DNA of 64,000 nucleotides from the NCBI GenBank assembly GCA_951406725.2, contig OX597818.1, positions 99,572,001 to 99,636,000 on the forward strand, in the 5' to 3' direction. Shown here in pieces: positions 41,898-54,453 of the stretch. Below the pieces are notes generated by a model that was not told where the DNA came from, made no database searches, and saw only the letters and a list, made by a program, of their open reading frames with translations. Within the stretch, counting starts at the first letter, position 1. Every line of letters starts with the position of its first letter. The position numbers and the translations under genes were made by a program. This DNA comes from Octopus vulgaris. Taxonomy: Eukaryota.

Positions 41898-42327
41898 TGG
41901 GAGGATCAATATGCCAATAAAAATAACACACGGACTGCCCTCATTATCAGTTCTTTATTGTTAGTCAATTGGTCAGATATGTAACTACTATCGATCATTT
42001 GTCTAATGTAGTCGTTAGACAATCAATCGGTTGTTTGAATTCCAAGTCCATTCGCCAGTATTTTCGACCTCTCCATAAGTATATTCTTTCTCTTCAAGGT
42101 CTGCCTAGAAGAGAGAAAGATAAGGAGAGGAGGGACATGCCATTGATAAGGTCACAAGTAGCGACAGAAGGGCTTTGACATAAAAACAATCGATTGATCG
42201 TTTAACCAGCACATGAAACAAACGATCTATTAGTTAGTTGGTTAGATATTTATCCAGTTGACTAACAATAAAGAAGTGGTAACGAACCGGCGCGTGTGTT
42301 ATTATTATTGGTATAATGACCGTCCCA
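41898..42327. mobile_element. Long imperfect fold-back (old MITE-like)
   Basis: Nested complementary blocks: ccaataaaaataacacacg/cgtgtgttattattattgg, ttctttattgttagtcaa/ttgactaacaataaagaa, tcaatcggttgttt/aaacaatcgattga. Confidence 0.7.
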
Positions 42328-42565
42328 TGATAAATAAAAGATTTGTTTCAGTACGCGTATTCATATCAAGTATCTTGCTAACAAAATACTAAAACGAAGT
42401 ACATACATACATATATATACACACATACACATACATAAATGCATGCATGCATCCATCCGTCCGTCCATCCATCCATCCATCCATCCATCCATATATATGT
42501 ATGGGTACACACACATATACATACAAACGTGCATGCGTATACATATGTGTATACATGTATAGTAT

Positions 42566-42601
<36 letters not shown>

Positions 42602-42747
42602 ATATATACGTGTAGATAGATATACATGTATATATATATATATTAAGATTAATGTAAAAAATAAATATCACTGAAGCAAAATAACACCAAATATATAGTG
42701 CGTGTGTTTTTATTGGCTAAACTGGCAATATGACCATTCCGAAATAT

Positions 42748-42785
<38 letters not shown>

Positions 42786-43432
42786 TTATATATACAAATA
42801 GATTGGTGCAGTTGTGTATATATAAGCTTGTGTACATATATAAATACGTATACATGTAGAAAAAAAACATGTGCATTCTTATGCCGAATCATCCACGTTT
42901 ATGTCCATTCGTCTATACACTCACTCGCTCTCATACACATACATTGTCATCTATGTGTTTCTATGAGGATATATTTCATCTCCTATATGTGCGCACACAT
43001 ACACGTATATTTGTATGCTTATATGTGTAAGAATGTGTATCTATGTATCCAGCGAACCGATCTTGTAAATATATTTCCTCAGCGCTAAAGAAGTTTCTGA
43101 TAATAAATTCAACAGAATCGGTTTTAATACACTTGTACATTTCAGAGCCAACAGCACGAAATTTATTTCTCTAATAATGGTTCCGAACACCCAGGTTTTA
43201 TTGAGAAATGATTGGCACTGGCTTGCCATGTATAATCTTAAGTAATGTAGACAAGTCAACCGAAACATCTTCTGCTATACTTTCTCCATTGTTCTCAGCG
43301 ATATTCTCAGCAGCTCAGTTCAAAATTGGCAGAGAATGAGCTAAATGGGTTATATATAGAGAGCAACGTTACGCTATGTATGTACGTACGTACGTAAGTA
43401 CGTGCGTATGTGTATGTATATATATATATTTA

Positions 43433-43537
<105 letters not shown>

Positions 43538-44540
43538 GTTCATATGCACATGTACAAGTACCTAATTCACACGGAGGCACACAGTTGCTCGCCTACGAGC
43601 AAGGAGATACATATACATATATATGGGAAACAGAAAATTCTAAATCTGAAGCTGAACATCTATCTAAATGTCAATCTGTGAAAACGCCGATGTGATTGCC
43701 TGTTTTTCTTCAGTAAGTACAAAGAATATTCCAAATCCATATTTTATTTCTTATATCAACACTGCAAATACGCATAAACAAATACACAGATATGCAGACA
43801 CACACAAACACACACACACACACACACACACACGCATGGGCACTAACAAACGCATCTTTCAAGCACGTGCTAGCAAATACTTAAATAATATACAATGAAG
43901 ACGCATAAACATATGAACACATTGTTAATACATACGAAAACAGCTTCACAAATACGACGAAGAAAAATATAGGAAAACCTATAAAATTGTATAGCATGTT
44001 GAAATATATCTGTGCACTTATTGATGTACTGTAATCAACAGTGAAGTGTAATTAACGTCAATATACAATGCATAAAATTCTATCAGGTTTATTTGGAAAA
44101 TCAGCCAAGAATCCATAAGATGGGGAATTGCCAGATTTTCTAGGTTTTAGGTCGTTTATATCTATATTTGTTTCATTTTTTTCTGTTTACGATGTATAAA
44201 TGCACGCACACAAAGAAGTGTTTATTGGTATGGCACGTGCATATAATTTCATATATTTATGTATATATTTAATGAAGAATTACATACACACACACAAACG
44301 AACAGAAACAGGTTTAATACATATATACACGTTTAATGCACAGTGTATTAGAATAACAGTAACTAATAGTTTCTTGCCATGGAGACACGTGGTAAGGCAG
44401 ATATTATAATGCGCCTTGTGTCTCAAAGGCAAAAAATTATAAATAGCTCTTATTTTAACACAGTGTACATTAAATGATAGTTATCTCTAACTGGTCGGGG
44501 TACTTTTTGGTTCATCCTTCCTTAACGGAACAGTAAACTA

Positions 44541-44877
44541 TGGAATCGAACTCAGAATCTTGGGGTTAGTAGCCCGCGCTCTTAACCACTACGCGATATG
44601 CCGTGGTTTAGAGCGCGGGCTACTAACCCCAAGATTCCGAGTTCGATTCCAGGCAGTGATCTGAATAACAACAACAATAATAACAACAACAACATCGAAA
44701 AATACCTTAGGAATGAGAGTCCATGTTCAAAATTTCCCCAAAACACTTGGTGAAGGCTGGAGGGCATATGAAGCGAATAGTTGGGTAAACAACAAACAAG
44801 ATGAGGACAAATATCCGTCAAATGTAAATAATGTAAATAATGCACATAATTCCCCACCGCTTAAATATAGAACTGAA
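44541..44877 (+). mobile_element. tRNA-headed repeat (family D) with an inverted duplication of its head
   Basis: 44541-44589 is the reverse complement of 44603-44651; A-box-like gtggtttagagc and B box gagttcgattcc. Confidence 0.75.
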
Positions 44878-45045
44878 TTGTCATTCATTATTATGCAGTC
44901 ATGTATCAGCTCACTAGTACTCACAGCCAACTTACAGTCAAAGAGACAAAATATCAATGGCAATCAAAACAAAAGACGTCGATGCATGTCAGAATCACCC
45001 AGACATGCTCAAGGATGAGCATATAAAAATAATTTGAACATTATA

Positions 45046-45449
45046 GGCACAGTAGTTGCTGTGTAGTAATTAGCTTGCTTGCCAACACAATGGTCCCAGG
45101 TTAAGTCCCACTGAGTGGCACCTTGGGCAAGTGTCTTCTACTATAGCCTCGAGCCGACCAGAGCCTTGTGAGTGGATTTGGTAGACGGAAACTGAAAAGA
45201 AGCCCGTCGTATATATGTATATGTATATATATGTTTGTGTGTGTGTGTCAGTGTTTGTCCCCCAACATCGATGACAACTGATGCTGGTGTGTTTAGGTCC
45301 CCGTAACCTAGCGGTTCGGCAAAATAGACTCATAGAATAAGTACTAGGCTTACAAAGAATAAGACCTGGAGTCGATTTGCTCGACTAAAGGCGGTGCTCC
45401 AGCATGGCCGCAGTCAAATACCTGAAACAAGTAAAAGAGTAAAAGAGTA
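45046..45449 (+). mobile_element. SINE family A, full length
   Basis: Head ggcacagtagttgctgtgtagtaa..ggttaagtccc; tail gtaaaagagtaaaagagt. Confidence 0.9.
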
Positions 45450-45988
45450 ATTAGTGCATTGTATTTTCAGTCACTTAAATACGGAGAAGATAGATCCACT
45501 GGAAATTCCATCTTGCCGTAGCGATTCAAAGGTTGACGAGGCTGAGAAAAGCTGCTTAAACGTATCATTTTAAGCTGCTTAAGATGATACATCTTCCGAC
45601 AGATACATTGCTAAACAGACCTTTGAATGCAAATATCTTGCAGGACAGATCCTGTGAATATTTGTTACAAGAGAACAAGAAATCACATTAACCTTGTGGA
45701 AACCTCTAGTTCTGAGTAAATGAAACTGCGGTTCTCTGCTTTAGTTGCAAACAAGCTCGGGCTTACACAAGAAATTAAGGGGCAATAATGAATTTACAGA
45801 GAACGTCCATGAGCAAAATTATATTCAAAAGCTTTAATTACAAGGAATCTCTATAACTTTATTCTCTTGAACGACACAGAAGACACCTCGTTATTTATAT
45901 ATGGAAGATCCTGGAAGATCACAACCCAAATTTTGGCATTAAATTACATATTAATGCTTGAATTGATAAATACCGCCAGCTTCCACGT

Positions 45989-46382
45989 ATACTCTTTTAC
46001 TCTTTTAATTGTTTAGTCATTTAGCTGTGGCTATGCTGAAGCACCGCCTTTAGTTGAGCAAATCGACCCCAGGACTTATTCTTTGTAAGCCTAGTACTTA
46101 TTCTTTCGGTCTCTTTTGCCGAACCGCTAAGTTACGGGGACGTAAACACACCAGCATCGGTTGTCAAGCGATGCTGTGGGGACAAACACACACATACATG
46201 TATATACATATACATATACACGATGGGCTTCTTTTAGTTTTCGTCTACTAAATCTACTCATAAGGCTTTGGTTGGCCCGAGGCTATAGTGGAAGACACTG
46301 GTCAAGGTGCCACGAAGTGGGACTGAACCCGGAACCATGTGGTTGGTAAACAAGCTACTTACCACACAGCCACTCCTGCGCC
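45989..46382 (-). mobile_element. SINE family A, full length
   Basis: Minus-strand head ggcgcaggagtggctgtgtggtaagtagc...gggttcagtccc (A and B boxes). Confidence 0.9.
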
Positions 46383-46729
46383 TTCGCTGTCAAGAACAAT
46401 CTGATATTCACAGGCTTTCAAGACTTCAGCTGCCTTCCTAAAGAGATCAGTGATATAATAGAAATTTCTCTTTGGAATACCGGTTTAAGGTTACACGTAA
46501 GAATGTTTACCTGCTAAAAACTCTAAGTTGATCAACTTTACGCATTACAAATTTAGTAAAACTGGAGGGAAAAAAAACCTCGTAAAAGCAATGCCCCAGC
46601 ATAAGCGCTGGCCATTGAGTGGAATAAACTAAAGAATAAAAGAACAACAGAGTATATGTCAATGCATATATCTAATTTATGAAAATATATTCGTTAGATT
46701 ATATTAATTATTGTTATAAGAACATGAGT

Positions 46730-46935
46730 AATCCTTTCTACTATAGCCACATGGCCTGGAATTTTGGGGGAGGGGGCTAGTCGATTACATGGAGCCCAGT
46801 ACTGGGCTGGTACTTATTTTATCGACCCCGAAAGGATGAAGGTCAAAGTCGAACTCAGCAGGATTTGAACTCAGAAAGTCAAGGCGGACGAAATGTTGTT
46901 AAGTATTTCACCCGACTTCGTAACGATTTTGCCCT
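46730..46935 (-). mobile_element. SINE family B
   Basis: 'ctggtacttattttatcgaccccgaaaggatgaaggtcaaagtcga...atttgaactcagaa'. Confidence 0.85.
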
Positions 46936-47489
46936 CATATATGTTCGCACATACTCAAACATATGTGCATACATTGCAATATATATACACATACATATAA
47001 AATATATAGTATATATAAAGTATATATATATGCATACAGGAGGACTACGAACATAAACTTACATAACTTGTTCTTACGTACGTTTCACAAATATGGATGT
47101 TATGGTACAATGGAACGTCAGGGAGCATTTTATTGCAATAAAGTATTCCCCGATGATCCGTTGTGGATAAACATCCATTCGCACTTACAACATTCAGAGC
47201 AAAGTTTCAAACAAGCAGAATAGTGAAAAGTACGTACAACCAAAGGATATATATTTGTATTTATCATAATTTCCCCTATATTTGCTTTGTATGTCATAAC
47301 TAGTAATACCACCAAGTATAGTAGCGTCTAAACCAATGTACAGGAAGTTGATTGGATGATGTTAATCTAAGTAGTGGTTTAATCTGAAATCGTATATTTA
47401 CCTGTCCACACTAGTTATATCATTGTTATGTATGTATGTATGTATGTATGTATGTATGTATGTATGTATGTATGTATGTATGTGTTTGT

Positions 47490-48024
47490 GTACTGGTAAC
47501 ATGTAACCCAGTACAACCTGTTGCATGGTCGGGTCGTCGCCGACTAAACCGGCAACCCCACCAAGCTTGCTTGGTGAGGAGGGTGTTTATTGGACACCCT
47601 GCGGCATGAAGAACAAAACCCGTCAAAGGCGGGGGAACTCTTGAGAGTCAACGGCCATCCAATAAATGTCTTAGGGCTGTATCATGTGCGGGGACATAGA
47701 AATAATCGGACTGAATACCCGATCGCGCGGTTAAACCATTGGGAGTGAAGGACTCCTAGCCTTTGTTAGGGCATCCTTCTAGGAGAAGGTATCTCAGGTA
47801 ACTAGGATAACTCCGATATAAAACCTGCGGCTCAGTGGTTATTGATGATGTTGACTTGTTCTTCTTTTCGGATTATGGCTGCTGTTGCTTAGTGAGTGGG
47901 ATTGACTCAGTGTACAGCCTTTCCTCACTTAAAAAAATATCTTCTTGCACAGGCATTGCACGATAACAACATTGATTAAGTTTCGTGCAATGGTCATACT
48001 CGATGACGAGGGGGCAGCCATCAT
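47490..48024 (+). mobile_element. GC-richer non-coding retroelement piece, possibly an RTE-clade 5' UTR
   Basis: Abrupt compositional change after (TATG)n. 'agggcatccttctaggagaagg' resembles RTE 5' UTR motifs (from recall). No ORF. Confidence 0.4.
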
Positions 48025-48175
48025 GTGTTTGTGTGTATGTGTTTGTGTGTATGTTTGTGTGCGTGTGTATACAAGCATGATATCGATTGTGGAGTTACGT
48101 TCGGTGCACAGATCAGATCAGTAACTCCACAATCGATATTATATATATACATACATATACATACATATATATACA

Positions 48176-48232
<57 letters not shown>

Positions 48233-48451
48233 GTATATGTATGTATATGTATGTATATATATATACATATATATATGTATATATATATATATATGTATGT
48301 ATATATATATATATATATATATATACATGTGTGTGAATCTATGTATATATATGTATATATATATACATACATATACATATATATATACATATACATATAT
48401 ATATATATATATATATAAATACATATACATATATATATACATATACATACA

Positions 48452-48494
<43 letters not shown>

Positions 48495-48548
48495 GCATAC
48501 ACACACACACACACACATACACACACGCGCACACACACACGTACACAC

Positions 48549-48615
<67 letters not shown>

Positions 48616-49447
48616 GTTGTACTTATAATAGTGTCGTTTGTTTTGTTGACTGCGCAACTGAAAGCAATTTGAGAAAAGTTCACTTTGCGAAACATCCGGT
48701 TCTATTCTAAGAACAAAATAAATTGATTCAATAATACTGTACCACATTAGTATTTAATTCATTACGATACTTTATGATGTATGTTTCTTTAACGAACAAA
48801 CACATTTAGAGATGAGCATGTATGTGCAAATTTGTCAAGTATGTGTAAGCCACCCCACCTTTCACACTGTCATAGATACATGCGCATTATTCAAACAGAC
48901 ACGTGCATATACACACATATACAAATATACATAGTTGTATTGTTGTACATAGGTCTGTTCGTATGTGTGTGTTTTGGTATTTTTGTGTAAGTTGATGAGT
49001 TGTAAATAATAAATTTGCAATTTATGTTCCAAAAGATATGAGTGTTGATTTTCCTGTCAAATCTTCCAGCTAGAAACGAAACAGATTCAATTCTTCGCCA
49101 TGTTCATCTGATAATTTAACACTTAAATAAATTTATCACACGTCATTATGAATGGTCGGCTTTGATATATCAGAGATAGGAAATTAGTATAATGAGACTT
49201 CACATGCACACGCACACGCACACACACACAAACACACACACACAAGTATGTGCATAGATGCACATAAATATAATCACACACATGCACTAAAAAAGTTGTT
49301 TATACGCATACATTTTCATAGATATATGTGTGTGTGTATGTGTGTCTGTATATGTATATATGGACACATCTATATCGAGAAATGTGAATGTAAATGACTG
49401 AGATACGCATATATGCGTGTGTATGTGCGTGTGTCTAAATTATACTC

Positions 49448-49501
<54 letters not shown>

Positions 49502-49502
<1 letters not shown>

Positions 49503-49901
49503 GCGAAGGAGTTGTTGTGTGGTAAGTAGCTTGCTTGCTAACCAGATGGTTTCTGGTTCATTCTATCTGCGTGGCACCTTGGGTAGGTGTCTTTTACTAT
49601 GGCCTCGGGCCGACCAAAGCGTTCTGAGTGGATTTGGTAGACGGAAACTGAAAAAAGCTCGTCGTATATGTATATGTATATCTATGTGTGTGCATATGTT
49701 TGTGTATCTCTGTCTGTCCCTCCTACATCGCTTGACAACCGATGATGATGTGTTTATGTCACCGTAACTTAGCGGTTCGGCAAAAGAAACCGATAGAATA
49801 AGTACTAGGCTTCCAAAGAATAAGTATTGGGGTCAATTTGCTCGACTAAAGGCGGTGCTCCAGCATAGCCGCAGTCAAATGACTGAAACAAGTAAAAGAG
49901 A
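49502..49901 (+). mobile_element. SINE family A, full length
   Basis: Matches 45046-45449. Confidence 0.9.
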
Positions 49902-49954
49902 AAGAGAGAAAAAGTTATGTACGTATGTATGTATGTATATATATATATACATAT

Positions 49955-50359
49955 AGCAAAATAAGATTCACGTCGGCGAACTCCAAGATCAAAAACGCCG
50001 TCTACCAATGCAAGGTTTACACGGACTCAGATGTCTTCACTTATGTAGGGGCCTCATCCTCAAGATTGTCTTTGCGTGTCTCCAACCATTACGCAACTTT
50101 TCGGGACATGAACAAGCGCCAGACCACGGGACTCAGTAAGCTAATATGGCGACTGAAGGATACGAACTTAAGCTACAGGCTGGAATGGTCAATTTTGTCG
50201 GTGGCCCTCCCATTTGATAGGGGCAGAAGGCAGTGCAACCTTTGTGTCTCCGAACTCTTCCATATTTTGTTTGCCAGAGGCCGGATGGTAAACGGGCTTT
50301 TACAGTCGGCTTTTCGATGCCCCCATTGGCGGCGTTACACTTATCTGGCTTTTAAATAG
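49955..50359 (+). CDS. 5'-truncated GIY-YIG endonuclease domain of a Penelope-like element
   Basis: AVYQCKV..TYVGASS..LSLRVSNH..F....TGLSKLIWRLK......WSIL........CNLC.SE....CPH; frame open to the stop at 50359. The track's Met start lies in the microsatellite. Confidence 0.85.
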   Translation, partial: SKIRFTSANSKIKNAVYQCKVYTDSDVFTYVGASSSRLSLRVSNHYATFRDMNKRQTTGLSKLIWRLKDTNLSYRLEWSILSVALPFDRGRRQCNLCVSELFHILFARGRMVNGLLQSAFRCPHWRRYTYLAFK

Positions 50360-51228
50360 CGTTTATAAATAATACCGGCACCCATAGCCCTTGGTAACAA
50401 ATTCTGAAATAGCCTTTAAGATATCTACGATTAACCACTGCAAGGGGAATTACTCCTGTAAGACAAACGGGGCTTGGTTTTTTCACAGCGGGGGGTTTCC
50501 TTGACAAGGCAGGCTTAGATGAACACACACACACAGAAAACATAATATATATATATTTTTTTCTGCCACCCAACGGTTCTCGCGGCAGTAGCCACTGACA
50601 GCCGAACGATCAAACGCACACACGTACACAAAAAATGTTTTCTACCCCTACGCCAACACACACATATATAGAACAGTATACACACACACACGTCTCTAAG
50701 TAGATTTTTTCTCGCCCCTTATAAAACATCCAATATTCCTTAAATAGTCAGAACTTTATTCTCGGTCACAAAGAACACCCACACACCCTCACCCACATGA
50801 TTGACCGATGCCTGACCCGTTAAATTCTTCAGCCACCGGTTCTCAACATACACTGATAAACAGTTTCGCCATGGGCTCTTAGGAGCATAGTTCGATTTGT
50901 TTTTGCTCCGCCTCTGTTCTGTTTTTGTTTTTCCAACGGATTTCCTATTTTCTTCCTGAAGAGAAAGACACAATATGGTCCCATTATTCAATCGGATTTT
51001 GGTAATTTGTGCCTTTCGAAACACGTGTAGAATGAAATAAAACGATTTCTGTTCAATCTGCGTTCAGCTCCATTTCTTCAATTCACCAATAATGTTTTAA
51101 TTTCAATTATCCGCACCAACGCACGGTTGCAACACCATATGGTTGTACCTCCAACCGTGCTGTTTACTGCTGTGATTTTTGCTACTAAGGTATCGGTTAA
51201 ACTTTTGATTAATCTACTACAAGATTAT
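50360..51228 (+). mobile_element. PLE 3' non-coding region/pLTR containing an HHR, ending at (TA)n
   Basis: Follows the GIY-YIG stop; HHR on the same strand. Confidence 0.7.
50949..51037 (+). ncRNA. Canonical type I hammerhead ribozyme
   Basis: tttcttc-CTGAAGA-gaaagacacaa...ttgtgcctttc-GAAA-c(acgt)g-TA|gaa(t)gaaa; predicted cleavage after 51029. Confidence 0.85.
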
Positions 51229-51302
51229 TCATCTTTCTATTTCACATAATATATATATACATACATATATATATATATATACATACATACACATATATAT
51301 AT

Positions 51303-51335
<33 letters not shown>

Positions 51336-51338
51336 TAT

Positions 51339-51435
<97 letters not shown>

Positions 51436-51459
51436 CATATATATACATATATATATACA

Positions 51460-52083
51460 AAGCAATAAAGGGTTTAGCAACGAATTGCCTTACCACAGAC
51501 CGAATTTAGAAATAGCAGTCAAAGAGTTATAGCTATTTCTTCTACTAAAAAGGAGATCTCAGTAAAAAACACAGCAATTGGAAAGCAGACACAAACAGGT
51601 AAGAGAGAATGAATTGACGGCAATCTATCATACAATTTTAAGTTATCTACGGACGCACGTTTCGAAATCAAGTTTTTAGGAAAGCATAAGAATTAAATAT
51701 TAAATAATTCTACGTTACCCAAACTTCTTTTCTCTTCAGCGTAGAATACTATAATCATAAATGATTATATATTGAATTTTGAGATACTAGAGGGTACCAA
51801 CTCAACTCAGTATCAGAGCGAGCTAGAATCCGCAACTAGTATCACCAAATTCAAAGTGTGAATGAAAGGATTGTGTCACCAGCCCCTTCCCACCCGCGTG
51901 TAGCCAAAACAAGATGCTATGGTCATCTACTGAGATAAAATATGGTTATCCGTAATAATGAAGGGTGAAATTAATTAATTTGGAATAATTATCAATTACA
52001 CCAAGTAGTCTTCGGTATGTAAAAGCCTCATTCGAGGAAAATTTAAGTAATACTAAGCAATAAAGGGTTTAGCAACGAATTGC
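51460..52083 (-). mobile_element. 595-nt HHR-bearing monomer with a 29-nt terminal direct repeat (retrozyme-like)
   Basis: 'aagcaataaagggtttagcaacgaattgc' occurs at 51460-51488 and 52055-52083; (TA)n on both sides. Confidence 0.85.
51646..51745 (-). ncRNA. Canonical type I hammerhead ribozyme
   Basis: Minus strand: tctacg-CTGAAGA-gaaa.aagttt...aaactt.tttc-GAAA-c(gtgc)g-TC|cgtaga; perfect 6-bp stem I. Confidence 0.9.
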
Positions 52084-52088
52084 TAAAC

Positions 52089-52146
<58 letters not shown>

Positions 52147-52173
52147 TATATACATATACATATATATATATAC

Positions 52174-52233
<60 letters not shown>

Positions 52234-52241
52234 ACATATAC

Positions 52242-52284
<43 letters not shown>

Positions 52285-52289
52285 CATAT

Positions 52290-52338
<49 letters not shown>

Positions 52339-53077
52339 TACATAACATAAATACATATACATACGTGCGTATGTGTGTGACGCATGCGTGCAACCACAGA
52401 ATGGTGGAATATTTGTGTTCGATCTCGATGCACATATTCGGGCAAGTATCTTTTACCAAAGCCTCAGCTTGATACGTTTTTTGGCTGACATTTTGAATCA
52501 GTAAACTGGTTCAATGTTTGTATCTGTAATTCAAAACCAACAGCTATGTCACAGCGTGTCTCATTCCGTGTCACACTGGCCTTGTCTCAGAATTACGTTA
52601 TAGATCTACCTGTTTTGTTAGCTTACGTTAACTAGGTAATGAATTATAGCAATAAAATATTCATCGTCGAAATCTACAGAGATCCATTGACTTTTTTTTA
52701 CAGCATCTATGAAAGTAAAAATTTTACCTATACATAATGCAAAACTGTTTCACATGGCAAATAAGTTAACCGATTTAATTTGAGTTTTCAAATATATAAA
52801 CTGCAATCACGCAACAATAACAATATTTTAAACAAATTTCTATCGATTTTTACCTTAACTTAAAATATACACTTTAGAAAATTTAGAAATCAATTATAAA
52901 AAGTATTTGCACACGAAACTTAAGGCAAATCCTGCAGCATTTTTATGCTATGTATATTATGTATATGTGCTTGCGAATATTCATATGTATATGTATGAAT
53001 ATATTTGGCAGTTTTTGTATGTATATATATATGTATGTATATGTGTATATGAATATATATATGTGTGTATATATATA

Positions 53078-53131
<54 letters not shown>

Positions 53132-53957
53132 AATTGTCACATAATATGTGACAATTCACATTTACATCTATACATTTACAGATAAATTCCTCTATTTACT
53201 GTCTTACAATTTTTATCAATATAATATATATATATATATATGTATATATGCATATCTATATATATTATATATCTATATATATTATATAAGACAGGTGTTG
53301 TAGACAACAAACAGATGTATTAGTTTAACGCTCGGGAAGTGAAAAAGTCTTTAACATTTCGAGCCTACGTTCTTCCACAGATAGGAACGCAGAAAGAAAC
53401 AAAGAGAGAGAAAAAATATATACATATATGCTCACAAAAGCTTAGATATATATACTTTTACATGTATACTTATAAGCACACGTATTATGTATATATATTA
53501 TACCTGTGTGCACACACACACATACAAACATACTCATACAAACGCACACTTACACACACACACATATATATATACAAGTCTATACTCACTTATCCATCCA
53601 CGAACACTTATATACACATACCCATTGAAATGTTATAAGTGCTAAACAACGAAAAATTGTTTCGACACATAGTATAGAGTGTACTATCCGTTGAAATTGA
53701 ATGACTCAATTTTCCTGGCCCTGAGATCAACAGGTAAACTTTCTGTAGTGTTTTTGGTTGGTTTTAGATATAATACAAGCGGGATCGTTCTTTAGTTTGT
53801 TGCTGTTGGTTTCATAACATTTCAATGCAAATGATAGACATATAAAATATTATGAATCTTTCACATTATATGTTATAGCAGTTCAAGACAACGTAGAAAG
53901 GAAGCCAAGCCTGATGATCAAAGAGCGTGAAACTCAAATTCGTCAGTTGAAGAATTC

Positions 53958-54031
<74 letters not shown>

Positions 54032-54087
54032 ATTATATCTATATATATATATATATATACACACACAATTATATCTATCTATCTATC

Positions 54088-54157
<70 letters not shown>

Positions 54158-54340
54158 TTATCTGTCTATCTATCTATATACTTGTATACATACATATATG
54201 CATATATAAATGTATATAATTATACATACATAATACACATATACACATATGTACATGTATAATATTCATGTATATCTATAAAATATAAAATAATATAACC
54301 TAATATAATATAGTATATATATATATGCATATATGTATGC

Positions 54341-54394
<54 letters not shown>

Positions 54395-54410
54395 ATATAT
54401 ATATACATAC

Positions 54411-54453
<43 letters not shown>

